From NCBI GenBank assembly GCA_021740585.1, contig JAIOZM010000057.1, positions 1 through 26,514 on the forward strand: a stretch of DNA of 26,514 nt, in the 5' to 3' direction. Positions 1 through 9,282 of this stretch are shown here, piece after piece. The notes beneath the pieces are model-generated. The model was not told where the DNA came from and did no database searches. It saw only the letters and a program-made list of their open reading frames with translations. The DNA comes from Bacteroidales bacterium (lineage in GTDB: Bacteria; Bacteroidota; Bacteroidia; Bacteroidales; GCA-2748055). Made by a program: the position numbers and the translations under genes. Position 1 is the stretch's first letter. Each line of letters opens with the position of its first letter.

Positions 1-351
1 TCCTGATAATCTTTTTTTCCTAGCATTGGTTTTATTTACAAGTTACAAAACCTTGTCATTCAAATCAATTGCTTATATTTATACTTATAAACAAGTTTTG
101 AGTTGTGCCACGGGCACAAACGGTATACACTATACCTGGTAAATCGCAATAAAGAAAAATTATTCATAAATTAGCTTAAACTTAAAAACAAAAACCACCC
201 TCCGATCGCCGGTACAGTGCATACAGCCGAACGACAGGCATTTTGGACAATTATATCATCAGCTATGGTTCAAAAGGACAATCCGGAAAAATAATTTCCA
301 TCCATCTGTCGAATACAACATGTAAGAAGATATTGGCAAGTATCGGACTGA

Positions 352-1986
352 TTACTCCCCTTTATATTCAAACCAATTGAATGTAGCTTTCACCTTACTT
401 GCTTTGCCTGAGCTTGTGGCGTACATCCCAATCATAGGACCATTAAAACCCTCGGCCATTTCAAAAGATATTACATTCATGTTCTGAGTGTCGCCCAGAG
501 CTTTCATTTCACTTTCCGATGGACCATAACTAAACACAAGGTCAAGACCTTTTGCTTCAGCCATAAGTATAACATTTGTATTTTTGTATTCAACCCTGGC
601 TACCTCAGTTTTTTCTCCTTTGAGGGTTTTTATAACAACCAAACTATTCTTTTCTTTTAAGAATTGATAATGGCAAGTACTGCGACGGTAAAGTACCATG
701 CCGGCCTTTTCATTGTCTTTTTTTGCATCAAAATTCAAGCTTATGGTGGTGCTAAAATTATGATGTTGAATTCTGCGTGCCAACAGTGATGGATTCGTAA
801 GGCTATCCAATACATTGGGGCGTAAATCCAATATTAAATTTCCGTTAATCAGTGAATACCAGTTCCCTTGAGGAGTTCTTAACTGGTTCCAAACCAAATC
901 GAGTTTATCTCCATTGAACTCATCGCGTGCAGGTTTTCTTTCAAAAGGAGTCCAAGCTAAGTTTGGCCGTTTCATTATCGGTTCAACTATGCCTTTACCC
1001 ACATTAAAAATTGGTGTTTGACCTTCAAAAACCACAGGACAAAGGAAAGTTTCGCGGGCCAGTAAGGTAAAACCATCAAGATAACGTTTACCTAGCATAA
1101 CGGCCCACCATTCTCCGTTTTGTGTTTCAATAATATCGGTATGTCCCATGGAATGAAAGGGATAATCGCGGCCCAAATGACGATGAGTCATTACCGGGTT
1201 AACCATGTCGGCAATATAAGGTCCCCAAATGGAATCACTATGAAAAACTGTGGTTGCATGGTTATAACCTGTTCCTCCTTCGGCTAGCATTAGCATATAT
1301 TTTCCTTTAATTTTATAAAGATGGGGTCCTTCAGCCCAAACCGCATTATTGGCATGGCCATATGAAAGTTGCTTTCTTGGTCCTTTCAGTTTGCCTTGCT
1401 TAATGTCAAGCTCCTGTAACCACGCTCCTTGCTGATCGGGCCAATCCTGATGATCTTTTAGGTTTCCATGACCTACATAGTAACATCTGCCATCATCATC
1501 CCACATAAGTGATGGATCAATTCCGGGGGCATCTAACCAAACAGGGTCAGACCAAGGTCCGGCAGGATTGGTAGCTGTAACATAAAAATTACCTCCCTTT
1601 TGGCATTGTACGCAGGTATTTATTAAATAAAATACTCCTTCGTGATAACGAATGGTAACAGCAAAAACACCCATAAAATCACCTAAGCCTTCTTGAAAAG
1701 TCAATTGCCCGGGCCGATGTATTCCATACCCAATTAACTTCCAATTAACCAAATCTTTACTTTGATGTATGGGCATGCCAGGAAACCATTCAAAGCTTGA
1801 GTTTACCATGTAATAGTCGTCGCCAACTCTGCAAATTGAGGGATCGGGGTGGTAACCCGGTAGAATAGGATTCTGAAACATTTCAGGACCATCCTGAGCC
1901 TTGCAGATTGTTATAGATAAAAACATAACGCTCAATAGAACTACTCTTCGTTGAATCTCATGAACTATTTTTTTTCTAATTATCAT
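352..1986 (-). CDS. Glycoside hydrolase family 43 (beta-xylosidase / alpha-L-arabinofuranosidase type) with C-terminal beta-sandwich domain; N-terminal secretion signal
   Basis: 544-aa ORF. The N-terminus (MIIRKK..LLSVMFLSITICKAQD) looks like a signal peptide. The catalytic-domain block PGYHPDPSICRVGDDYYMVNSSFEWFPGMPIHQSKDLVNWKLIGY is the typical five-bladed-propeller GH43 start with Asp general base. The ~200-aa C-terminal extension is typical of XynB-like GH43 enzymes. Confidence 0.85.
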   Translation of the reverse strand: MIIRKKIVHEIQRRVVLLSVMFLSITICKAQDGPEMFQNPILPGYHPDPSICRVGDDYYMVNSSFEWFPGMPIHQSKDLVNWKLIGYGIHRPGQLTFQEGLGDFMGVFAVTIRYHEGVFYLINTCVQCQKGGNFYVTATNPAGPWSDPVWLDAPGIDPSLMWDDDGRCYYVGHGNLKDHQDWPDQQGAWLQELDIKQGKLKGPRKQLSYGHANNAVWAEGPHLYKIKGKYMLMLAEGGTGYNHATTVFHSDSIWGPYIADMVNPVMTHRHLGRDYPFHSMGHTDIIETQNGEWWAVMLGKRYLDGFTLLARETFLCPVVFEGQTPIFNVGKGIVEPIMKRPNLAWTPFERKPARDEFNGDKLDLVWNQLRTPQGNWYSLINGNLILDLRPNVLDSLTNPSLLARRIQHHNFSTTISLNFDAKKDNEKAGMVLYRRSTCHYQFLKEKNSLVVIKTLKGEKTEVARVEYKNTNVILMAEAKGLDLVFSYGPSESEMKALGDTQNMNVISFEMAEGFNGPMIGMYATSSGKASKVKATFNWFEYKGE

Positions 1987-2399
1987 AATTAAAGTTATTA
2001 ATAGTTTATTTAGTTTTACTTATCTCCTCTTTTTTAAGAATTTTCAATAGAAAATATTTCTTTCAAAACTCAAAGAATACATAATCTTAAGAAAATTTAA
2101 ACCCAGCCAGGCATCTGACAAAAAATTATCATGAATATTTTCTGAAAAACATACTGATATAATTAATGTAACAATTTGAATTGCTAAACTATAATTTTTT
2201 TATAGCTACGGCAACTAATTCTGACTTGTCCCTTTTTGTGCGGAAGACTCAGGTTGTAGGTAATGGTGAAAACTTCCCCAAAACCTGTATAATTTATAAC
2301 TAGCGTTGAATGAATAAATTTATATCCTTTTTAAAACCAGAGATCGCGCTTATCTATCCTGCTTTAACCAGATTTGAAAGTATCTTTCCTTCCTCAAAA

Positions 2400-5051
2400 T
2401 TATTCAACAATAGCAACATCATACTCCCGTAACACTTGATTTCTGTGGTGGCCGTTGGTATTCATTTTTTTCTTATGACAAACCTGGCAGTTATCGTGGG
2501 TACCAATAGTTCCAGCCATTCCCTGATATTGCAAAGGCTGCATATTATCCCTTTGCTTACCGTATTTATTCTCAGCACCATAAACAGCGTGAGTAGAACC
2601 ATGACAGGAAATACACATTACACCTTGTTCATCTGTCCGGTTTCTGTATAATTCGCTGAACCCTTCCACCCACAAATTAAAAGCGCTTCCTGAAAACCCA
2701 TCCTCCATCATATTAAAATTGGTATGACAGGATTTGCAATCGGGTTCATGTATCCAGGGGGTACGTGGAATAATGGTCGATTTATCACTTAGCCACTTTG
2801 GTTCAAGGGAAGCTGACAGTCGATCTGCCGATGGCTTTCCGGTTTGGCCGGCAAGCAAGCCTAATGCATGATCCTCTATACGTCCGTGACAATCTGTGCA
2901 TGTCAATCCCGAATTATAGTGACGCCCACGATAACAGGTAGTATTCCCTTCAGGGTGTGAAGGATGACACAAATTACAAGCTTCCTCGTACATATCTGAC
3001 ATATAGTTTGCGTGAAAGCCATGAACGGCAGCTGAGAAATTCAACACATCAGGTTTTCCGGGGGCTCCTACAGCAGGATCCGCATGACAGGATTGACAAA
3101 GCTTAGGATTTCCGGCTTTTGCATCAGCAAGTAAAGTGGTATTATTATATTTGTCATGAGCAGCGAGAATATTTTCGGCTGTTTCATCTGCTACTCCAGA
3201 AATATTATTCCAGGCCCATCCTCCGCCATGGCAGTTCCGACAACCCATTTCTGTTGAAACCGGTGCCACAGCTTTGGTTTCTACAAGCAACCTGCCGGTC
3301 GATTTATCAAATGCCTTAAAAGTAAACATTGGATATGGGTTGAATTTTTGATCGCTTCGGTATGGCAGAACCGGTATTAACTCTGCCGCAAAATGATTCC
3401 CATGAAGATCCATGCTGTCATTCATGCTTTTACCTTTTAATCCTTTCCCCAAAGGAATATCAACACCAAATGTGGCTTTGGAGTATTTCCAGAACATCGA
3501 TCGTTCTTCAGGATTTTCATTTCCACTTTCAATTTCATAAGTAATAATAGCGTCATTTGTTACCAACTCAGGTTTATCACCTCGTTTGAACAGCTGTGCG
3601 TTGAAGGTATTGGCTGGGGGTAAAAAAGTAAAATATTTTTCATTATCGGAAATACAGTGCATTCCCAAATCATTCCATACCAATAAAACATAATCATCAT
3701 CAGCAGAATTGAAAGCCGGTACTTCCAAAGGATATTGTTCAGCAAGATAATCAGGATTCACCATCGTTTCCTTCCCTAAAAGATCCTCATATAAATACGC
3801 TGCAAGAGCTTTCTTTTCAATTTCTGTCCCCGCAAAGGGTGGCATATAGGTATTTACCTTACCCATTCCGGTAAGCTGGGCTTCAATGCCTCGTTTGGTA
3901 AAATTATTGATTAATGGCTTAATAGCATTCCGGCCAGAAATACTGTGGCAGCTCATACACTGCAGCCTGAATATCTCTCTCCCGGCTTCAAGTTGATTTT
4001 CCTCCGTAACTTCATCAATTTCAGCCCATTTAGCCACTTTTAGAAATCCGTTTTCATTGATGATTTCAACATCAGCTGGAGAAATTCCATTCGAATACAT
4101 AGTTTCATAGATCACATAGGGTTTTCTGGCAATTTCACGCATATATTCGAAACCTCCCATCCATGTAAAACTTATTATTACCAGAAAGAAGGTCACCAGC
4201 TTTTGTATGGAAGAGGGTAAACGAAACAAGGTGAAAAGTCCCAATCCAAACAGACCAAAACTCGACAAGATAAGGGCATTGATAAAAAACTTGCTTTCAG
4301 GATTAAAATGGAACAGGTTTTCAAAAGCCTCTGGTGCAATAACTTTGGTGTAATAAATCCCGGTTATAAATAAAACCAATAAAGGGTAATACATCCATTT
4401 GGCACAATACCTGAAAATACGATTCCGAAGTTCAGAATCTTTCAGAAATACTGCTGTTATTAATCCGAAAACACCTGCAAAAACAAATGCTATAGATGTC
4501 CGGAAAAGCAGGGAAGGAATAAAACCAGGGTTGAAAAAGCCGTTCCAGAAATTTCCTGTTTCGATCCATTTTCCCGGTGTAAGCATAAAAGCAAGTATTC
4601 CATTTATTACAAATAAACTCAACCATGCGAAAATAAAGTATAACCATCCTATTTTAACATGATCTTCCGACTTCATCTTCCCAAACCGGTAATGGTAAAT
4701 AAGTAAGGCAACGATTTCAGCAATAAAAAACACCCATTCAATAGCCCATGCAAAAACAAAGTTGTGGATAAGTACAGAAGTTCCACCCGGACCGACCAGT
4801 GCAATGATGAACCATATCCCAACCCCCGAGACACCACCAAAAACCATGGTTAGTAAGAGGAAAAACCATGTATGGGACTGAACATAATTAAGTAATGCCT
4901 GATCGTTTGTTTTTAATGCTTTTCTCTCTGTTAGTACAAGAAATAAACCTCCTCCAACGGCTAAATGAGAAATTACAACATGTAAAATAGCTATGATGGC
5001 AATTAATAAACCACCTCCTGATGCCGGCAAATGCCAAATTGGGTAATTCAT
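2400..5051 (-). CDS. Membrane-integral multiheme c-type cytochrome: N-terminal ~8-TM domain with cytochrome-bd subunit-I-like signature, then a class-I monoheme cytochrome c domain, a ~170-aa beta-rich linker, and a C-terminal heptaheme domain
   Basis: 883 aa, with eight CxxCH motifs counted directly. The monoheme motif is CMSCH at aa 365-369 (nt ~3945-3959), followed by the axial-Met-type YMPPF motif. Seven more (CRNCH 604, CQSCH 652, CNLCH 692, CTDCH 718, CKSCH 772, CISCH 813, CQVCH 855) lie in aa ~600-883 (nt ~2403-3254). The first 310 aa form ~8 hydrophobic helices. TM1 reads H-x8-G (HVVISHLAVGGG) and TM3 reads AIEWVFFIAEIV, with two Glu 8 apart. This resembles CydA H19 and E99/E107, but the bd-like assignment is from memory. 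The start codon overlaps the upstream gene's stop (ATGA at 5048-5051). Confidence 0.75.
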   Translation of the reverse strand: MNYPIWHLPASGGGLLIAIIAILHVVISHLAVGGGLFLVLTERKALKTNDQALLNYVQSHTWFFLLLTMVFGGVSGVGIWFIIALVGPGGTSVLIHNFVFAWAIEWVFFIAEIVALLIYHYRFGKMKSEDHVKIGWLYFIFAWLSLFVINGILAFMLTPGKWIETGNFWNGFFNPGFIPSLLFRTSIAFVFAGVFGLITAVFLKDSELRNRIFRYCAKWMYYPLLVLFITGIYYTKVIAPEAFENLFHFNPESKFFINALILSSFGLFGLGLFTLFRLPSSIQKLVTFFLVIISFTWMGGFEYMREIARKPYVIYETMYSNGISPADVEIINENGFLKVAKWAEIDEVTEENQLEAGREIFRLQCMSCHSISGRNAIKPLINNFTKRGIEAQLTGMGKVNTYMPPFAGTEIEKKALAAYLYEDLLGKETMVNPDYLAEQYPLEVPAFNSADDDYVLLVWNDLGMHCISDNEKYFTFLPPANTFNAQLFKRGDKPELVTNDAIITYEIESGNENPEERSMFWKYSKATFGVDIPLGKGLKGKSMNDSMDLHGNHFAAELIPVLPYRSDQKFNPYPMFTFKAFDKSTGRLLVETKAVAPVSTEMGCRNCHGGGWAWNNISGVADETAENILAAHDKYNNTTLLADAKAGNPKLCQSCHADPAVGAPGKPDVLNFSAAVHGFHANYMSDMYEEACNLCHPSHPEGNTTCYRGRHYNSGLTCTDCHGRIEDHALGLLAGQTGKPSADRLSASLEPKWLSDKSTIIPRTPWIHEPDCKSCHTNFNMMEDGFSGSAFNLWVEGFSELYRNRTDEQGVMCISCHGSTHAVYGAENKYGKQRDNMQPLQYQGMAGTIGTHDNCQVCHKKKMNTNGHHRNQVLREYDVAIVE

Positions 5052-6100
5052 GATTGATTATTTTTAGAAGTTGCTGAAAGTCGTATCATATAATAGAGTG
5101 TAGCTAAACCAACCAGAAATACAATCAGAAATACAATCAATGAAGAAGGTTGGTGGGAGTTTTGCAAATCTGAAGGCCGGAAAATTCCATCGAGGTAAAA
5201 TGCCCGGGAATATTGCCTCACAATAATCATTATCATTACCTGCAGAACTCCTAAAATCAAAGTCAGATTCAGATTCCCCTTGAGACCGGAATAAATAATG
5301 CCCAAAGCACCTATCAATCCAACTGTCATAAAAATGGTGGCAGCCATTTGTCCACCCATAAACATTTTCCATATAACTTCAGGCATGGAAAGCCAAAACC
5401 AGGTTCCAATTATGAATTGTACCATAGTAATAAAAGCTACAATTTTCAGATTACTCTTAATTTGAAGTTCTTTATCTTCTGGAGAAATTTTATTGGAATA
5501 TTTGTAAAACAAGGCCTTACCCAGTGCTGCAATGGCTACGGAAGCAAACAGAAAATGTAAAAAGCGTGGCCATAAGGTAGGCTCATTCCAATGAAGCATG
5601 GTCCCATTGCTGTTGTCGAAATAACCAAGCCAGTCAGCAGGCTTCTGCGCCAAAGTTGAATTATTCACAAACATAAAAGCGATGTACAATAGAAATAATG
5701 TTGAAATGACCAGACTAATTTTTCGCCACCTTACAGAAAAGCTGTTATTTTTCACATAGATATAGGTTCCATAGTAAGCTAAAATCAATAATGGAATAAT
5801 GATAATCCAGTACACAGCCATTAATACCGAACTGCTGTAAAAAAGATGTCCGTAAATTACCTGTAGAAATAATAGAGGCGGTACACCGAGGTTGATTGCC
5901 AATGCTACCATAATAGGGATATTCCCATTAAAAACGTAAAAATCATTAGCTTTATTTTTGCTGAAAAGTGCCAATATACTACCCCCAAGTACAAGATTCA
6001 CTAATATAATGTGCAAAGCAAAAGTGAAAAGTAATAAGACCTGAAACCATTGCCAGGAGACGGGTAAACCGTCAGGAGTTGGAATAAAGGATGTATCCAT
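5048..6100 (-). CDS. Polytopic inner-membrane protein (~8-9 TM), probable partner subunit of the downstream cytochrome; TM1 resembles CydA-like H-x8-G helix
   Basis: 350 aa, almost entirely hydrophobic helices. The N-terminal helix ALHIILVNLVLGGSILAL parallels the first helix of the downstream protein and of CydA. Its stop overlaps the downstream start by 4 nt, implying translational coupling. It lacks the Glu pair seen in the partner. Confidence 0.5.
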   Translation of the reverse strand: MDTSFIPTPDGLPVSWQWFQVLLLFTFALHIILVNLVLGGSILALFSKNKANDFYVFNGNIPIMVALAINLGVPPLLFLQVIYGHLFYSSSVLMAVYWIIIIPLLILAYYGTYIYVKNNSFSVRWRKISLVISTLFLLYIAFMFVNNSTLAQKPADWLGYFDNSNGTMLHWNEPTLWPRFLHFLFASVAIAALGKALFYKYSNKISPEDKELQIKSNLKIVAFITMVQFIIGTWFWLSMPEVIWKMFMGGQMAATIFMTVGLIGALGIIYSGLKGNLNLTLILGVLQVMIMIIVRQYSRAFYLDGIFRPSDLQNSHQPSSLIVFLIVFLVGLATLYYMIRLSATSKNNQS

Positions 6101-6423
6101 AGTTAATTATTTTGTTTATGAATAAATGTAATTAAAAATGAAATGCTTTCAAATAGTTTAGAAATAAAAACTGACAAAAATTTAATTTAGAGTGACTTAA
6201 TAAAGCAATTTCAGATCCATGCTGAAAAAATTTCGTTTTCAATCCGGAACTTCCACTTCCTCAATTATCAAATTAAACAAACTTTTAATTTTCAGTTGAA
6301 TGTAAAAAAATAGCACTCAAAAGAATAAATTGAATATAATAATATTGGCAAATTCATTTTAAGGGTGAATAAAAACAGTACTTTTGGAAAATTTTAGGAA
6401 TCAAATTTTTAAATTTCTTTTAT

Positions 6424-6548
6424 TGTTGTCCGGTAAAACTTATAAAACCTAAAAAGATTGCCGCGCTGCGCTCGCAATGGCTCTGAATGTCAATTGACTA
6501 TGGCTTGCGAGCGTAGCGAAGCAATCTCATATTTTTACCGGACACTAT
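6424..6548. repeat. ~120-nt GC-rich imperfect palindrome (long stem-loop) in the divergent intergenic region upstream of the Ca2+ antiporter gene
   Basis: A perfect 12-bp outer stem pairs tgtccggtaaaa (6427-6438) with ttttaccggaca (6533-6544). A 22-bp inner stem pairs gattgccgcgctgcgctcgcaa (6456-6477) with ttgcgagcgtagcgaagcaatc (6505-6526): 19 Watson-Crick pairs, 1 G-U and 2 mismatches. The apical region contains the palindrome gtcaattgac. Local GC is far above the AT-rich flanks. Confidence 0.6.
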
Positions 6549-6582
6549 TGAATTTCTTTATATTAATTGACTTATTTATTAG

Positions 6583-7536
6583 ATGATTGCTTCAATTATA
6601 TTAATAATCGCCGGATTCGCGGCTTTAATTTATGGTGCGAACTGGTTGGTTGACGGAGCCTCTTCACTGGCAAAAAAATACAAGGTGTCAGACTTAACCA
6701 TTGGACTGACCATTGTTGCATTTGGCACTTCAGCTCCTGAACTGGTGGTAAATTCAGTGGCTTCCATCCAGGGCTATTCCGATATAATTTTAGGGAATGT
6801 AATTGGGAGTAATAACTTTAACCTTTTTATTATTCTTGGAATCGCCGGTTTAATATACCCCATCAAAGTGCAATCTTCAACCGCCTGGCGCGAGATTCCT
6901 ATTTCTTTGGTAGCAGCTATAATAGTATTTTTACTAGGCAATTCATTGTTTATTAAAGCTGTTCCTGAAATATCCAGAATAGACGGACTTATTCTGATTT
7001 TGGCCTTTGTCTTGTTTCTATTTTATGTTTTTAAACAAATGAAAAAAGAAGAAAACAAAGAAATTACATATGTGGAAAAATCGAATGCAAAAATATGGTT
7101 GCTTATAATCTCAGGTTTTTCCGGATTGATTTTAGGAGGTCAGCTGGTGGTAAATAATAGTATTGAAATTGCAACAGATTTAGGGGTAAGCAAGAAAATT
7201 ATTGGATTAACCATAATTGCTGCGGGAACCTCATTGCCCGAATTGGTAACATCAGTAGTAGCGGCGATGAAAAAAAACAGCGATATTGCTATAGGGAATG
7301 TCATTGGTTCAAATATTTTTAATTTGCTACTGATTTTATCCCTTAGCTCCTTTATAAAGCCGATATCTTTCAACATCAACTTCAATACAGATATCGCAAT
7401 TTTAACCGGGGGCACAGTATTCCTACTCCTTGCTATGTATACCGGAAAAAAGAAAAAGCTCGACAGATGGGAGGCCGCTGTATTATTGATTTTCTATCTG
7501 GCTTACACCATGTATCTTGTAATGAACGAATTATAA
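6583..7536 (+). CDS. CaCA-family cation/Ca2+ antiporter (YrbG / K+-dependent Na+/Ca2+ exchanger-like)
   Basis: 317 aa with ~10 TM. It carries two alpha-repeat signature blocks, GNVIGSNNFNLFIILG (N-half) and GNVIGSNIFNLLLILS (C-half), each preceded by a GTSAPEL/GTSLPEL-type helix. This is diagnostic for Na+/Ca2+ exchanger-superfamily proteins. Confidence 0.9.
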   Translation: MIASIILIIAGFAALIYGANWLVDGASSLAKKYKVSDLTIGLTIVAFGTSAPELVVNSVASIQGYSDIILGNVIGSNNFNLFIILGIAGLIYPIKVQSSTAWREIPISLVAAIIVFLLGNSLFIKAVPEISRIDGLILILAFVLFLFYVFKQMKKEENKEITYVEKSNAKIWLLIISGFSGLILGGQLVVNNSIEIATDLGVSKKIIGLTIIAAGTSLPELVTSVVAAMKKNSDIAIGNVIGSNIFNLLLILSLSSFIKPISFNINFNTDIAILTGGTVFLLLAMYTGKKKKLDRWEAAVLLIFYLAYTMYLVMNEL

Positions 7537-7695
7537 AGCGTTCCAGAACAATTAAATAAATTCTTTGTTAAATAGTTACTCCAAATTATTATTTTAGCAA
7601 TTAAACAGATCTGATCGTCTTAGGGTGAATTGAGGACTTTGCGAAATTAAAAAGGACTCTCTTAAAACAGCATAAACTTATATTAACATAATCTG

Positions 7696-9252
7696 ATGGA
7701 TATTAAAAAAGACGTACAAACAATTGATAATATTGAGTTAGAATTTCTCAAAATTGAGGATTACCCCGAAATAAAACAGGCTATGATTGAGGCATATTCC
7801 AATATGCCAAATTCTTACTGGAAAGAACAACATATTAAAACGCTGATTGACAAGTTCCCGGAAGGACAGGTAGTTATCAAAATCGATAATGAAATAGCCG
7901 GATGCGCACTATCCATAATTGTTGATTACAGCAAGTTTGATAATAAACATACTTATGCTGAAATAACCGGAAATTACAGCTTTAACACCCATACAGCAGA
8001 AGGTGATATTTTGTACGGAATAGAGGTTTTTATCAAGCCACAATTTCGTGGTCTAAGATTAGGTCGTCGTTTGTATGATTACAGAAAAGATTTATGCGAA
8101 CGTTTAAATCTGAAGGGGATTGTCTTTGGGGGCCGAATACCAAATTATCATAAGTATTCCAGCGAAATTTCACCCAGAGAATATATTGAGAAAGTAAGAC
8201 ATAAAGAAATTCATGATCCTGTATTTAACTTCCAGTTATCGAATGATTTTCATCCCAGCAAAATTATTCAGGGCTATCTGGAAGTGGATAAAGAATCGAA
8301 AGAATATGCAGTTCTCCTTAAATGGGATAATGTGTATTATGAGAAAAGCTCAAATAAGGCAGCTAAAGAGAAAACTATAGTCAGATTAGGCTTAATTCAA
8401 TGGCAAATGAGGTTATACAAAAACCTTAATGAGCTTATGCAACAGGTTGAATATTTTGTTGATGCCGTTTCGGGTTACCGCTCTGACTTTGCTTTATTCC
8501 CTGAATTATTTAATGCTCCCCTTATGTCTGAATACAACCATTTATCAGAACCTGAGGCCATTAGAAAATTAGCTGAATATACCGAAGAAATTGTTAAAAG
8601 ATTTTCTGAATTGGCCATAACCTATAATATTAACATTATTACAGGGAGCATGCCGGAAGTGGTTGACAATCAGCTTTATAATGTCGGATATCTTTGCAAA
8701 CGGGATGGAGGTATGGAACGTTTTGAAAAGCTTCATGTAACACCTGATGAAGCAAAAGTTTGGGGATTACAGGGGGGTAACATTATAAAAACATTCGATA
8801 CCGATTGCGGTAAAATAGGAATCCTAATTTGTTATGATATTGAATTCCCGGAATTGAGCAGGTTATTGGCGGATGAAGGAATGAATATTTTGTTTGTTCC
8901 TTTTTTAACCGATACTCAAAACGGCTACTCAAGAGTACGTAATTGCGCCCAGGCAAGAGCAATTGAAAATGAATGCTACGTGGCGATTGCCGGAAGTGTG
9001 GGTAACCTGCCGAAAGTCCACAATATGGATATTCAATACGCACAATCGATGGTTTTTACACCATGCGACTTTTCATTCCCTACCAATGGAGTAAAAGCCG
9101 AAGCAACTCCAAATACCGAAATGATCCTGATTGCCGATGTCGACTTTGATATGTTAAGAGAACTTAGCAAATTTGGAAGTGTAAGAAATCTTAAGGACAG
9201 AAGAACTGATATTTATACAATTATTAAGAAAAATCAGGAGAAGTCTGAATAA
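7696..9252 (+). CDS. Bifunctional GNAT N-acetyltransferase / carbon-nitrogen hydrolase (nitrilase superfamily) fusion protein
   Basis: 518 aa. The N-terminal ~200 aa have a GNAT acetyl-CoA binding motif (RGLRLGRRLYDY, i.e. R/Q-x-x-G-x-G/A). The C-terminal ~290 aa have the CN-hydrolase E-K-C triad context: LGLIQWQM.., LALFPELF (Glu), and GILICYDIEFPE (catalytic Cys in the C-Y/W-D-x-x-F-P-E motif). Confidence 0.8.
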   Translation: MDIKKDVQTIDNIELEFLKIEDYPEIKQAMIEAYSNMPNSYWKEQHIKTLIDKFPEGQVVIKIDNEIAGCALSIIVDYSKFDNKHTYAEITGNYSFNTHTAEGDILYGIEVFIKPQFRGLRLGRRLYDYRKDLCERLNLKGIVFGGRIPNYHKYSSEISPREYIEKVRHKEIHDPVFNFQLSNDFHPSKIIQGYLEVDKESKEYAVLLKWDNVYYEKSSNKAAKEKTIVRLGLIQWQMRLYKNLNELMQQVEYFVDAVSGYRSDFALFPELFNAPLMSEYNHLSEPEAIRKLAEYTEEIVKRFSELAITYNINIITGSMPEVVDNQLYNVGYLCKRDGGMERFEKLHVTPDEAKVWGLQGGNIIKTFDTDCGKIGILICYDIEFPELSRLLADEGMNILFVPFLTDTQNGYSRVRNCAQARAIENECYVAIAGSVGNLPKVHNMDIQYAQSMVFTPCDFSFPTNGVKAEATPNTEMILIADVDFDMLRELSKFGSVRNLKDRRTDIYTIIKKNQEKSE

Positions 9253-9282
9253 TGGTAATTTTTAGCTTGAAGAAAAAACACT

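Noticed and set aside
1-351. Possible gene fragment or terminator at the left window edge (hairpin tgtgcc-acg-ggcaca near 100-114; GC-rich patch 196-235)
   Set aside because: There is no ORF of meaningful length in any frame. The hairpins are short (6 bp) and lack a clean U-tract. The evidence is too thin to call a terminator or RNA.
2436-4662. Several 60-87-aa ORFs (2436-2651 +, 3119-3319 +, 3362-3544 +, 3560-3745 -, 4399-4662 +, 4432-4647 -) lying inside the cytochrome gene
   Set aside because: They are antisense or out-of-frame to an 883-aa ORF with a coherent domain structure. They are short, low-complexity and lack motifs, so they are treated as spurious.
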